Source: Caecitellus pseudoparvulus (lineage: Eukaryota; Protista; Bigyra: Bicosoecida). From it: DNA of 64,000 nt. Both the position numbers and the translations under genes were made by a program. The number at the start of each line of letters is the position of its first letter. The stretch's first letter is position 1. The notes beneath the pieces were generated by a model, which was not told where the DNA came from, did not search any database, and worked only from the letters and a program-made list of their open reading frames with translations. The DNA is taken from the NCBI GenBank assembly GCA_965644315.1, contig CBFFRQ010000212.1, positions 1-64,000 of the forward strand. Direction: 5' to 3'. This document shows, piece after piece, positions 42,871-53,185 of this stretch.

Positions 42871-43050
42871 CTATTCTTTCATTTTATTTTGATCATCCAA
42901 TACATCAATAATTATTTTTATTCCAAAAGTTTCAATGAGATCTTTTGTATTCTGTTCAATGATTTTTTCTCTTTTTTCTTGAATGGCTTTCGTCATAATG
43001 GAATACCAGATGCCATTGTGTTTTCTCCTTTGCTTTGATCTTGAAATCAT
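42871..43050 (-). CDS. Small hypothetical protein
   Basis: ATG at 43050 in AT-rich context; hairpin downstream. Confidence 0.4.
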   Translation of the reverse strand: MISRSKQRRKHNGIWYSIMTKAIQEKREKIIEQNTKDLIETFGIKIIIDVLDDQNKMKE

Positions 43051-43070
43051 ATTATATAAGTAATATATAA

Positions 43071-43544
43071 ATGACAGAATTTTCAAAAACTGTTTATTCA
43101 ATGACAGAATTTAAAAAAGACTTTGAAACATGTATGAATATGTTTGATTACATTCTTTATAAAGTAAAAGATTCTCCATTAGAAGATAGAATTGATATGA
43201 GTTTGAGAACAAGACAAGAGAACTTACAACATTTATTTAATGTCTATCATGATTGCGTAAAAATAGATGAGTACAAGAGTGATTGTAATTTAATAAGATG
43301 TAGAATTAAGCGATTATCTGAAGAAGATGATAAAGACTTTAGGAGAGAGTACAACAGACTATACACATACAGACTAAGAAAGGAAATTACATTAGAACAT
43401 TGGAAAGATATTTATGAAAGATTGAAAAAGAAATATAGGAGAAAAGGAAGGGATAGAGAAGCTAGAAGAAAGAGAATTGAAAGGCAAGATAAATTAGATT
43501 TTGATAAATGGACTAAAATGAAAAAAATAACAATGATAATATAA
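43071..43544 (+). CDS. Hypothetical basic protein
   Basis: 157-aa ORF. Confidence 0.6.
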   Translation: MTEFSKTVYSMTEFKKDFETCMNMFDYILYKVKDSPLEDRIDMSLRTRQENLQHLFNVYHDCVKIDEYKSDCNLIRCRIKRLSEEDDKDFRREYNRLYTYRLRKEITLEHWKDIYERLKKKYRRKGRDREARRKRIERQDKLDFDKWTKMKKITMII

Positions 43545-43618
43545 TAATATAGTTTTTTAAGAAGCAAAATATAATTATTTATATTTTGTTTTAAATAAAA
43601 GTTCTTTGAAAGTCCTTT

Positions 43619-44182
43619 TCAGAATTTATTACGCAATTTGAACGTGGTGCGAATGACAGAATAAAGAGTATCATAACTATCAAAAATATTTAGTACGTCC
43701 TCACTACAAGCACTAATTAGTTCCATTCTTTTACGTTCCATTTCTGCTACATTTGCAGTATTACGACCTTCACATATTGATTTAAAAAGCGAGTTTGAAG
43801 GTGTCAGAACAGCAATGTTTGATTCATCAACACCAAGATACTTTGCTTCACCAATAGAGGAACAAATCAAAATTAGTTTGTAATCTTTCAAATCCTTTTT
43901 TACTTTATCTACATATTCCTTAGCTTTCATTAAATAATTAATATCTGCGTTTGTATCACCATCAACAGCGACAGATTGGCCAACATCAATTAAATAGACA
44001 CCTGAATCTGCTTTAAGTTTGTTTGCCAGTGTAGATTTTCCAGTCATGCAACTCATAACAATAGCACCAAATCTAATTTTAGACCATTTCTTCTTTTTTG
44101 ATTTTCCAAAACATGAATAAGCGGTTTTAGCACCAATTGATACCAAACCAGCACCTAAAATTAATGCATTTTCCATTTCCAT
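43619..44182 (-). CDS. P-loop-like protein with hydrophobic N-terminus; homolog of 9218-9781
   Basis: 187 aa, GAIVMSCMTGKS, gap-free alignment to the element 1 copy. Confidence 0.8.
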   Translation of the reverse strand: MEMENALILGAGLVSIGAKTAYSCFGKSKKKKWSKIRFGAIVMSCMTGKSTLANKLKADSGVYLIDVGQSVAVDGDTNADINYLMKAKEYVDKVKKDLKDYKLILICSSIGEAKYLGVDESNIAVLTPSNSLFKSICEGRNTANVAEMERKRMELISACSEDVLNIFDSYDTLYSVIRTTFKLRNKF

Positions 44183-44228
44183 AAATATATTATAGTAAGA
44201 GAAAAAAACTATATTTCCATAAATATAA

Positions 44229-44513
44229 TCATTTTTTATTAAAGAAGAATTGCTTATTATATGCTTTCATTGCATCTTTTAAGTTTGTCTCATCACCCCA
44301 TAAAATATAATATGATAAGTATCCTGCTCTTTTTGGGTCTTTAGTTTCTAAATCTCTTTCATGTCTGGCTCTATAATTCTTTCTTTTCTCTTTGTCCTTG
44401 TGGTCAATAAATGTGCTACCTTCCTTTTGTCCAAATGAAGTTTTTGAACCATCTTTAAATATAGCTGTAAATCTTTTATCCTTTCTTGCTGATGGTATTA
44501 TATCTAGAATCAT
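44229..44513 (-). CDS. Tlr6F-like (DUF5754-like) protein
   Basis: Close homolog of 10677-10973. Confidence 0.8.
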   Translation of the reverse strand: MILDIIPSARKDKRFTAIFKDGSKTSFGQKEGSTFIDHKDKEKRKNYRARHERDLETKDPKRAGYLSYYILWGDETNLKDAMKAYNKQFFFNKK

Positions 44514-44550
44514 ATATACTTATACTACAAATTTTATTTTATATTTAAAT

Positions 44551-47091
44551 TTATACTACTACTCTAGATATTATAGCATTTCCATAAAATTCAAATGGTG
44601 TTCCACTACCACTTCTTGAACCTATATCCATTGTAAGTTGCTTAATTCCTGTTGAGGTATATTCAACAATCCATTTTAGATTAATACTACCAGTAGCCGT
44701 AGATGAATTGCTCATACCAGTCCTTGATAAATCAATTCCTCTTGCTCCACCAGGTGCTGATAGATTACCAACAGACCCGGGAGCAGTTAGAATTAGCGTA
44801 AAATGTCTATCAGTTAATGTCGGTTCGTTTTGTTTTATATTAATAGTATAATCAATCATATAATGTCCTGTCTTTGTTAAATTAAAAGCACCAACATTAT
44901 ATGAAGAATATATAGGTAAATTAGTACAACTCATACTTAAACTCGTAACCGTAGCAGAGTAAGATCGAGCAATATTATCAACATAATTTTTTGTTGCTGC
45001 GTCTGAGCCTACTACTGGTTCTGCTAATTCTTCTATTTTTTGGTTTCCCATTCTTAATTCAAAATTGCTTTCTATAAATGAATTTGCGATTCTAAAAGCC
45101 AAATCATTTGTAAAACCATTATAAGTATAAAAACGGTGTCCAGCAGCTCCTGAATTAACTAAATTATCATATCTAATATAATTTGACTCCATATATATGC
45201 TTGAAACGTTTTTATTGTTATCACTAGGGCGTATTAATATTAGTTTTTTTGCTTCTGCTTCATTAATATTTTGAATGTTATTATCATTCATATTTATATC
45301 AGTATTGAAAGAACCAGCACTAGCAACAGCATTATCAACATAATTTTTTGTTGCGGCGTCTGTATTTGCTGTAGGTTCTGCCAGTTGTTCTATTTTATTA
45401 TACCCCATATTTAATTTATAATTAGTATCAATATGATTTCTTGTGATTTGAAGAGCCATAACATCGTTTGTTCCGTCTTTCACATAGAATCTGTGACCTC
45501 CAAATGAGCTATTTATTAAACTATCATAACTTATATAATTTCCAACCATTCTAATACTTGCCACGCTTTTATTACCATCATCAGGTTTGATTAATGTTAA
45601 TCTTTTTGCTTGTGCTTCATCAATATCTAAAATGTCATTATCATTTAAATCTAATTGTGTGTATGAAGTTGTGAGAGATTCAGAAAATCCAAAAATGTCT
45701 TGGTCTCCTGAAGTTTCGGTAAGTGTTGTTATTTTGAATGTTTTTGCAGGTGCTGATGAGTATAATTCTAAAGCTGTCCCAGACCCTGCATTATTAGTTC
45801 TAAATTCCCAAGGTCTTCCAGTTTCAAAACGTAATAAGCTTTGCATTCCTGCTGATGTATTCTCAAGTATCATTTTATTTGTGAAAGTTTTTTCACCCCC
45901 TACATTTTGATTTGTTGTTAAATTTACATAATCAGTTGGTATATTATCATCTACATATTTTTTTGTTGCTGCTTCATCGTCATCTACAGGCTCAGCAAGA
46001 CCATAAAGAATATTATTTGACATATTAAAAGGTAGTAATGATTGAACGCTATTATAATTTATATTAAATGTATTTATTACAGTTCCAGAATTATTATTAA
46101 AAAATGAATGTCTATTATTTCCACTACCATTAACATAACGCATTATATTTGTTGTTGGTTCTGACTCAAGATAGTTTGCTTCACTGCCGTCAGTCCTAAT
46201 TAATATCATTTTATTAGTTTGTATATCTTGTTCAGTAATCAGGGTATTTGTGAAAGTTTTTTCACCCCCTACAGTTTGATTTGTTGTTAAATTTACATAA
46301 TCAGTTGGTGCATTATCATCTACATATTGTTTTGTTGCTGCATCTCCAGGAAGTGAAGGAGAACCAACAGATACCAATCTATTATTATTCATTGAAAGCC
46401 CTTTTAAACAGTCAATTTGATTCGTTTGTGCGTTAATTCGTAGCATTAATGTTTCTGTTCCTCCCTGCATAGTATAAAATGTGTGGCTTCCTGATGATGA
46501 TTCATTTAAAAATACCAAATCGCCGTTTTCATCTGAATATATTGCTCTGTCTGTGTCTTGTGTGCTTGGATTAATGAACTTTGATTTGTGTAAATGTGTA
46601 TCAGTATTAAATGTTTTAACCCCTGAAATATCTTGATTACCTGATAATTTAACCGTATTATTATCAAATTGTTGCTTTGTAATTGGTTCGTTTTGGCTGT
46701 TTGCATCTCGCACTCTTACCGTGCCTAAATCATAAGGTTGTTCTAATGTTGTTAATGGCTCTGCTGAAGCATTATTATAAACAATACCTACATCTTGACC
46801 ACTTTTGAATATTAAACCTTTGTATCTTGTATTTCCTCCTATAACTTCTTTTGAAGTAAAACCAGTATCAGCATTTACAGCAGGTGAAGCATTATTAAAT
46901 TCAACAATTGCATCTTTTACTTTGAATGTTTCAACTTCATTAATGATTTCTTCACCATCTACTTCTAAATTATTTTGAATAGTTACATTTTTAAATGTTA
47001 TGTTCTCTGCATTCTCCAATCCTTCTATTACTGATTCAATAACACCTGAACCATTTAAATTTAAAGAATATGATAATCTTGTATCGTCCAT
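44551..47091 (-). CDS. Fiber/spike-like virion protein with tandem modules
   Basis: Repeated DAATKxYVDN, LTTNQxVGGEKTF and LAEP modules; shares modules with 10992-12890. Confidence 0.72.
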   Translation of the reverse strand: MDDTRLSYSLNLNGSGVIESVIEGLENAENITFKNVTIQNNLEVDGEEIINEVETFKVKDAIVEFNNASPAVNADTGFTSKEVIGGNTRYKGLIFKSGQDVGIVYNNASAEPLTTLEQPYDLGTVRVRDANSQNEPITKQQFDNNTVKLSGNQDISGVKTFNTDTHLHKSKFINPSTQDTDRAIYSDENGDLVFLNESSSGSHTFYTMQGGTETLMLRINAQTNQIDCLKGLSMNNNRLVSVGSPSLPGDAATKQYVDDNAPTDYVNLTTNQTVGGEKTFTNTLITEQDIQTNKMILIRTDGSEANYLESEPTTNIMRYVNGSGNNRHSFFNNNSGTVINTFNINYNSVQSLLPFNMSNNILYGLAEPVDDDEAATKKYVDDNIPTDYVNLTTNQNVGGEKTFTNKMILENTSAGMQSLLRFETGRPWEFRTNNAGSGTALELYSSAPAKTFKITTLTETSGDQDIFGFSESLTTSYTQLDLNDNDILDIDEAQAKRLTLIKPDDGNKSVASIRMVGNYISYDSLINSSFGGHRFYVKDGTNDVMALQITRNHIDTNYKLNMGYNKIEQLAEPTANTDAATKNYVDNAVASAGSFNTDINMNDNNIQNINEAEAKKLILIRPSDNNKNVSSIYMESNYIRYDNLVNSGAAGHRFYTYNGFTNDLAFRIANSFIESNFELRMGNQKIEELAEPVVGSDAATKNYVDNIARSYSATVTSLSMSCTNLPIYSSYNVGAFNLTKTGHYMIDYTINIKQNEPTLTDRHFTLILTAPGSVGNLSAPGGARGIDLSRTGMSNSSTATGSINLKWIVEYTSTGIKQLTMDIGSRSGSGTPFEFYGNAIISRVVV

Positions 47092-47139
47092 ATATTATAT
47101 AGTGTATAAAATTAATTTTTATAAACTACAGTGTACAAT

Positions 47140-47982
47140 TTAATAATGTTCTTGGGCTGTTCTATATTGCTTAATTATTAAAGATAATTTGACTGAACCA
47201 CCTTTCAATTTGACCTCTTGATATTCATCATCTAATAAAATAAAATCCATTTGGTTAATTTGATTGTTTTCTAATAAATCATGATTAAAGAATATTTCAT
47301 CATCTGATACATAACTTGAGTATGTACCTGTTCCTGATTCTATATTTAAACTTAATAGTACTGGATACTTAAGCCTGTTTAATCCTGAACCAAAGAATGA
47401 ATTATTTAAAATACCATTTTTCATACAAATAAAAACTTTACTGGTACTAATTAAATTTGGATAATTTAAACCTTCCATATTATCGGATGGATCAATTTTT
47501 AATGCTTCACCATCATTATACTGTTCTTGTGTAAAACCTATTTTATTCCAAAACTTACCATAATTACCAACTGTTGAAAATTTAACATAATCAGTATCAT
47601 TATTCACAATTTTTAATTTTAATGTTGATTGTTCTTGTGATACTGAAACATTACCACCAGCATTATTTATTGTTGTTTGTAAATATGTTGCAAATTGCTC
47701 AGTAGATGAAAAAACTAAATTTTCGCTTATAGTGTGTTCTGTTGTTGCTCCATTTTCTATTTCAATAGAAAATGTAGCTCTATCAATTGGGTTAAATTGT
47801 GGAAATGTATTAGGGACGGATGCAGATTGAACAATAAGACGGTGGATATAATCACCACCTGATAAAACTAATGGTGTAGTATTAAATTCTGTTGTCCATT
47901 CAAAAGATGTATCACTTGGTCTTTTGTCAATTGCACTATTAATATAAACTTCTAAAGTATTATTGATGTCAATTAAGCTCAT
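47140..47982 (-). CDS. Penton / minor capsid protein (single jelly-roll, PLV type)
   Basis: VYINS, SASVPNTF, C-terminal MDFILLDDEYQEVKL...LSLII; between MCP and fiber. Confidence 0.7.
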   Translation of the reverse strand: MSLIDINNTLEVYINSAIDKRPSDTSFEWTTEFNTTPLVLSGGDYIHRLIVQSASVPNTFPQFNPIDRATFSIEIENGATTEHTISENLVFSSTEQFATYLQTTINNAGGNVSVSQEQSTLKLKIVNNDTDYVKFSTVGNYGKFWNKIGFTQEQYNDGEALKIDPSDNMEGLNYPNLISTSKVFICMKNGILNNSFFGSGLNRLKYPVLLSLNIESGTGTYSSYVSDDEIFFNHDLLENNQINQMDFILLDDEYQEVKLKGGSVKLSLIIKQYRTAQEHY

Positions 47983-48063
47983 TTTATATATTCTTAATTG
48001 AGAAAATAAAAATTCAATTATTCTTTTATTGTTTTATAAAATAAAAGAATACTATATATTTAT

Positions 48064-49392
48064 TTATTCAACTACTTTTGCTACACCACCTGCTAGTTCT
48101 AATTGTCTTTTGAATTTTACTAAGCATACTAAATTTTTATTTGCATAATTTGCAGGTGCAGCAGATGTATCAAAATCAACTACTAAAGCAGATGAACCAA
48201 CTAAACTATTAAAACCATTTTCTGTTGCATGTTGGCTGTCTTCTGGTGTTTTTAGGAACAGACCGCCAAGGACTTGACATTTATTATTACTTCTTTTCAT
48301 TTGATCTGAATATTCAGAAGCATAGCTCTTACTGTGTAGTTCTGGTTTTGCGGTTCTTAATACTCCTTCAAAATGATCAGTATATAGAGATTCACCATTT
48401 GCACCATTTACATTTGCATAGGGTTCTCCTGTAAATTGTATACGATAATTTGAAACAAAATTAAAATTTGTGCTAGTAGTCCATAAAAAATCGTTGACTG
48501 GGTCTGTATTAAGTGTATTAAATCCATTAGCATCAGAACTTCCTGCGGGAATGGTAACATAAGCAGGTAATAAAAGTGTGCTGATAATATCACGCTTTTT
48601 AATATTAAATTGGTGTGAATGTGTGGTTGCTTGTTGAAGGGTTTGATAAGATAAATCATAACCATAAAATCTATTTACAATTCCTTTCATACTTGAACTA
48701 TTTGAAGTTGGATCAACCTTTTTTAACATCAGTTGAGCACCTAGATTTGTTAATTGGTATGCTTCCATACTAAATTTTACATTATTTAATTCATATTTTA
48801 TTGGTGCTGTTGGAGCTGTTCCACCAGATACAAATAACATATCTAATTTACTTTGAAGAGTAATTTGTATGTTAATAGGAGTGTTGCCAACAGGAATTAA
48901 TTTCTTTAAATCTAAACCAAAAAGAGACATAGGAATTGAAAAACTATAACTTGATCCACCTGTTGCATCAAATACAACATTTTGAAGAGCCTTAACGTTA
49001 TGAATTGCTAGTTCTTCTGCACTCATATTTAATTTTTTATTCATCATAGCTACTAAATATGCATGTTTGCTTAAATTTACAACTAAAGCACCTCCTACAT
49101 AAACTTTTATTTGTTCAATAGCTGAGCAAATATCGCCACACAGTTTTACATTTGAACCTGCTTGACCTCCAGAAACTTTAAATTCACCATCTAATGATAG
49201 CGTATCAGCTTGTGGAACATGTGAGCCTGTTTGAATTGTAGCATTTAGATTAGTATTTAAATTACCAAATCCGCTTCGTGTTCCTTGTAAATCATATTGT
49301 AATCTTGAACGTGAATTAACAAGTTTATTTGCTTTCGTTCTTACACCATCCAAAACACCACCTAATAGATAAATTTCATCTTTCTTTTCCAT
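48064..49392 (-). CDS. Major capsid protein (PLV-type double jelly-roll)
   Basis: 442 aa, beta-rich; SAIEQIKVYVGG, FSIPMS, LIPV...IQITL; between ATPase and penton. Confidence 0.75.
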   Translation of the reverse strand: MEKKDEIYLLGGVLDGVRTKANKLVNSRSRLQYDLQGTRSGFGNLNTNLNATIQTGSHVPQADTLSLDGEFKVSGGQAGSNVKLCGDICSAIEQIKVYVGGALVVNLSKHAYLVAMMNKKLNMSAEELAIHNVKALQNVVFDATGGSSYSFSIPMSLFGLDLKKLIPVGNTPINIQITLQSKLDMLFVSGGTAPTAPIKYELNNVKFSMEAYQLTNLGAQLMLKKVDPTSNSSSMKGIVNRFYGYDLSYQTLQQATTHSHQFNIKKRDIISTLLLPAYVTIPAGSSDANGFNTLNTDPVNDFLWTTSTNFNFVSNYRIQFTGEPYANVNGANGESLYTDHFEGVLRTAKPELHSKSYASEYSDQMKRSNNKCQVLGGLFLKTPEDSQHATENGFNSLVGSSALVVDFDTSAAPANYANKNLVCLVKFKRQLELAGGVAKVVE

Positions 49393-49438
49393 TATATATA
49401 TATTTATAAAAGAAAAAATATTTTACTAAAAGAATTAA

Positions 49439-50164
49439 TTAAAACTTACTATATATTTCTTTCATTTTGTTATTATAAATCTTCCCTGTTTTCTTGTTCA
49501 ATAAAATAAAACTATACTTTTCATTCAAATTATCATATACAAGGTCTTTGAAATCATCTGTATTTATATATTGTGAAAAATTATCATCATATACTTTCCA
49601 TATTTCACCATCTGAGCAATTCCAATAAATAGAAACTAAAGTTGAATTAAGCATTCTTACATCACGTCCTAAAAAATGATACTTTTGTGTTGCTATTATG
49701 CATCCTGTGTTCTTATGTCTACCACTTGCAAACAATTCAGATAAAAAATTTGTTCTATGATTTGTATTCATTTCATGGTTATATGCCATATCATCAAAAA
49801 TAAAAATATGTGGAACTTTTGGATTTAATCCTTTGTAAATACTCTTTAATTCTTCAAAATCTAAAAAATCCATAATTAATAATTGCTCCTCATCTAGCTT
49901 TAGTTTGTCTGCCATTTTTGATATATGTCTTATTGTTGTATCTGTTCCACTGATTACAATAATTCTGCTATCTTCTGATTTCGTGTAATAATCTTTACAC
50001 CAATTCCATAATATGTTATGTATCATTTGAGTTTTTCCTGCTTGACTGGGCCCTATTAATATCATTCGTGGATGTTCTCCTATAATTGGATGAATTAAAC
50101 TTTTATATTTTTTATCTTTGGTTATGTCATCTTCTTCAAATGTATAAACTTTAAATTCTGTCAT
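49439..50164 (-). CDS. A32-like packaging ATPase
   Basis: IGPSQAGKT, FIFDD, SGRHKN...ATQKY. Confidence 0.9.
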   Translation of the reverse strand: MTEFKVYTFEEDDITKDKKYKSLIHPIIGEHPRMILIGPSQAGKTQMIHNILWNWCKDYYTKSEDSRIIVISGTDTTIRHISKMADKLKLDEEQLLIMDFLDFEELKSIYKGLNPKVPHIFIFDDMAYNHEMNTNHRTNFLSELFASGRHKNTGCIIATQKYHFLGRDVRMLNSTLVSIYWNCSDGEIWKVYDDNFSQYINTDDFKDLVYDNLNEKYSFILLNKKTGKIYNNKMKEIYSKF

Positions 50165-50185
50165 ATACTATTTATTTAGATTTTT

Positions 50186-52255
50186 TTATTGACCTCTTCC
50201 TTTTAAAATTCGCCCCTTTCTTGCTTGTGTTCTGCGTCCTTGGGCTTGTCCTCCACCTCCTCCTTCTATTCTACCAGCATAACTTTTTACAATATTATCT
50301 ATTTTTCCTTCTTTTGCTTCTTGTGAAACAGTATCATATTCCTTTCTTGTATCAGGTGAAATAAAGTATGCCTTACGTTTAATTATGTCTTTCATTGTAT
50401 CTTCTGTTATGCCCATTGATTTTATTAAAGCTTTCATATCTCTACTTGGTGAGCCTGATAATAATAAATCTATTTCCTGTCCAATAAATTCATCTGGATT
50501 TGCTCCACCCATTTTACTTACTTCAAATGTATCAATTAATCTATTTAGTTGTCCATCTTCTGCATCTGTTAATTCTCTTACTTCATCTCCTGCATCTGCT
50601 GGGGTTGGTGCGTCTGCTGGGGCTGGTGCATCTGCTGGTTCTGGTCTTCTTCTTGTTGTATATATTCCGCTTTCGGGGTTAGCTAGTATTCCAATTACTC
50701 GTTTAGCATATGCATTCGCCTTCTCGCCTGCATCCCTTGGTACTTTTTCCGCATTAACTTTAATTAAATCAAAAATTTGTTTTCCATAATAACCCATTTG
50801 TGTCTTATGCCCACCTGTTGGAGTCGTTATTTTATTGTCAGCTAAGTACCTGTTTAATATATCATACAAAACTGATAAGTACTTTGGGGTTTTCTTAGCA
50901 TTAACACTAGCAGTATACATTTTTTGCCCTAGTTTCTCTGGAGTTTCTTCTGTTTGCTTTAAAATACTATCTAATGAAATTTTCCCAAGAGTTAGTAATT
51001 GTCCAAGGTACAAATAATAAACCTCATTTCTTTGTGCATCTGGTAATGTACCATACTTAATATCCGCTCTTGCTTTTTGTTTTTGTTCTTCTATTTTATT
51101 AAAATCTATTTTAGAAATTACAATTACTTTATCTTCTAAGTTTAGTTTTGTATATTCTGGTATACCTTCTAATATTCCTTCAAATACTTCGGCAGATTTT
51201 GATGTGCTACTTTGTGTAATAATATCTACATCATCGGCTGTTATTGCTTTGTCTGTTCCTGTTGTATTAAGTGTATTTCTTGATCTTTCAACTAATTTGT
51301 TTATTATATTTATCATATTTGTTTTTGCAACACCAGATACACCTTTTATTGCTTCTATAAATTCTCGTGCTATCTTATCGGCTAAATCTTGGTATTCTTT
51401 ATCTTTGTTTTCTCTTCTTACTTCATCTCCTCTTTGTTGAACTCTTTCTAATAATTTAAGTCGGTTTGCTCTTAGCTCTGCTTGGTTTGGAACTACTGCC
51501 CCCGCCCCTGTATCCGCCACTGGTTCAGGTCGTCTTGGTGCTGGTGCTTCTGTTGTTGGTTTATCTACTGTATGAATACCCCCACTAGTGTCTATCATTT
51601 GGGCAGTTCCCGCTCCTTCTTTGCTCTCACCTGCTCCCCCTTGTGCTGGTGCTTGTGGTTCTGCTGGTGGTTCTGCTGGTGGTTCTGTTGGTGGTTGTGC
51701 TGGTGGCTGGTCTGAAGCACCACTGAATTTTTGGTTTATTTCTTGTTGCATTTGATTTATTGGTTGTTGTTGTGCTATGAATGAAGGATTAAATTTGTTC
51801 TTTAAAAATGATTCAGTAGCTTTTGATCTTAAATTTAATACTTCAGCTTGTGAAAGGTTATGACGTTTTCCAAAAGCATCAATATAATTTAATATATTTT
51901 TTAATTCTTTTTGTTCTTCATCTAACTCTAAAGTTTCTGGTGTTAATCCTAAACTTCTAAATAATTTATTTTGTATTTCTTCTTCTTTTTTTTGCTCATT
52001 AAAAAAAGCTTCTTCAAATGATTCATCTGTTGTACCCCATCCTTCATTGTAGAACTGTTTGTTATGTAGTATTAAATCGGCATTTGTAATTGCTTCATCT
52101 AAATTTATATCTTCCTCTTCTTCTGCTTCTTGAGGTACTAATAAATCAGTTGTATAATTCAATAAGCCTAGATTTACAAATTGTGTATTTCTTTCCTCAT
52201 TCAACTCTTCCTGCATGTTATAAATTTGCTCATCTGTCAAATTAAATGGATTCAT
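50186..52255 (-). CDS. Large hypothetical protein with Pro/Ala-rich linkers
   Basis: 689-aa ORF; PPAEPPAE and PADAP repeats. Confidence 0.75.
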   Translation of the reverse strand: MNPFNLTDEQIYNMQEELNEERNTQFVNLGLLNYTTDLLVPQEAEEEEDINLDEAITNADLILHNKQFYNEGWGTTDESFEEAFFNEQKKEEEIQNKLFRSLGLTPETLELDEEQKELKNILNYIDAFGKRHNLSQAEVLNLRSKATESFLKNKFNPSFIAQQQPINQMQQEINQKFSGASDQPPAQPPTEPPAEPPAEPQAPAQGGAGESKEGAGTAQMIDTSGGIHTVDKPTTEAPAPRRPEPVADTGAGAVVPNQAELRANRLKLLERVQQRGDEVRRENKDKEYQDLADKIAREFIEAIKGVSGVAKTNMINIINKLVERSRNTLNTTGTDKAITADDVDIITQSSTSKSAEVFEGILEGIPEYTKLNLEDKVIVISKIDFNKIEEQKQKARADIKYGTLPDAQRNEVYYLYLGQLLTLGKISLDSILKQTEETPEKLGQKMYTASVNAKKTPKYLSVLYDILNRYLADNKITTPTGGHKTQMGYYGKQIFDLIKVNAEKVPRDAGEKANAYAKRVIGILANPESGIYTTRRRPEPADAPAPADAPTPADAGDEVRELTDAEDGQLNRLIDTFEVSKMGGANPDEFIGQEIDLLLSGSPSRDMKALIKSMGITEDTMKDIIKRKAYFISPDTRKEYDTVSQEAKEGKIDNIVKSYAGRIEGGGGGQAQGRRTQARKGRILKGRGQ

Positions 52256-52289
52256 ATAATATAGACTAATAAAATATTAATTTATACTT

Positions 52290-52784
52290 TCAATAATTTT
52301 CTTCCTCCATTTGTTTCAAAAGATCCTCTATTATGTAATCATCATTTATACTCTTATTTTTTACTGGTTGTTCAACCTCCTTTATTATCTCTGGTTTAAT
52401 AATTTTTACATATTTTTTTATTCGCTCTTCTTCCTGCAATCTTGCTTTTTGTTCTCTTCTCCTTCTATATGTTTCTTGTGCCTTCTTTCGTGCATTTATT
52501 AATTGCTGTTTTTTCTTCTCAGATAATTGCTTTCTTTGCTTTAATTCCCTTTTTGGTTTATAATAATATTTGGTTTCTATATTTGAAATAACTGGAACAT
52601 TTTCCTTAGTTTGAATATCAACAAAATCATCTTTTACATTTTCAAACTTATTTTCAGTCTTAGTTTCAGTTTCTTTCAATCTTTTTAACTCTGAACACTG
52701 AAAGACTGAAAATTTCATTTTTATATAATTCAAAAATTCTAATACTCTTTCATAAATTAAAAATAAAAAATACTCAATTATCAT
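52290..52784 (-). CDS. Hypothetical basic coiled-coil protein
   Basis: ORF with LSEKKKQQLINARKKA; start probably at MKFS. Confidence 0.6.
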   Translation of the reverse strand: MIIEYFLFLIYERVLEFLNYIKMKFSVFQCSELKRLKETETKTENKFENVKDDFVDIQTKENVPVISNIETKYYYKPKRELKQRKQLSEKKKQQLINARKKAQETYRRRREQKARLQEEERIKKYVKIIKPEIIKEVEQPVKNKSINDDYIIEDLLKQMEEENY

Positions 52785-52816
52785 TTTACAGAATATAAAA
52801 TTAGTCTATAAAATAT

Positions 52817-53185
52817 TTAATTTGATGTAGCCATTAATAGTTCCTTATGTACATTATCCATTTTCATTTTTGTTGCTTCCTTTTGTGTCTTGTCTTTTTC
52901 ATTTTCAATTTCTTTTTCATATTCTATAAATTCTTCATATGATAGGTAATCTTCTGAAAAATCTAAGTGTTGTACCAAATAATAATCACTACAACTTTTA
53001 ATTAATTCAATACGCTTTTGATTTACTTCTTTTAAATGATCAATATATTCTTCATACTCTTTTCTTGTTGGTTCTTTTCCATTAAATGGATCTTCATAAT
53101 CATATTGTTTATTCATATTATATATTACTTTCATAAAAAAATCTTTCTTAAAAACCAATTGATGGTTTACTATAATATAATTCAA
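52817..53185 (-). CDS. Hypothetical protein
   Basis: 122-aa ORF; start likely at MNKQYD. Confidence 0.55.
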   Translation of the reverse strand: MNYIIVNHQLVFKKDFFMKVIYNMNKQYDYEDPFNGKEPTRKEYEEYIDHLKEVNQKRIELIKSCSDYYLVQHLDFSEDYLSYEEFIEYEKEIENEKDKTQKEATKMKMDNVHKELLMATSN

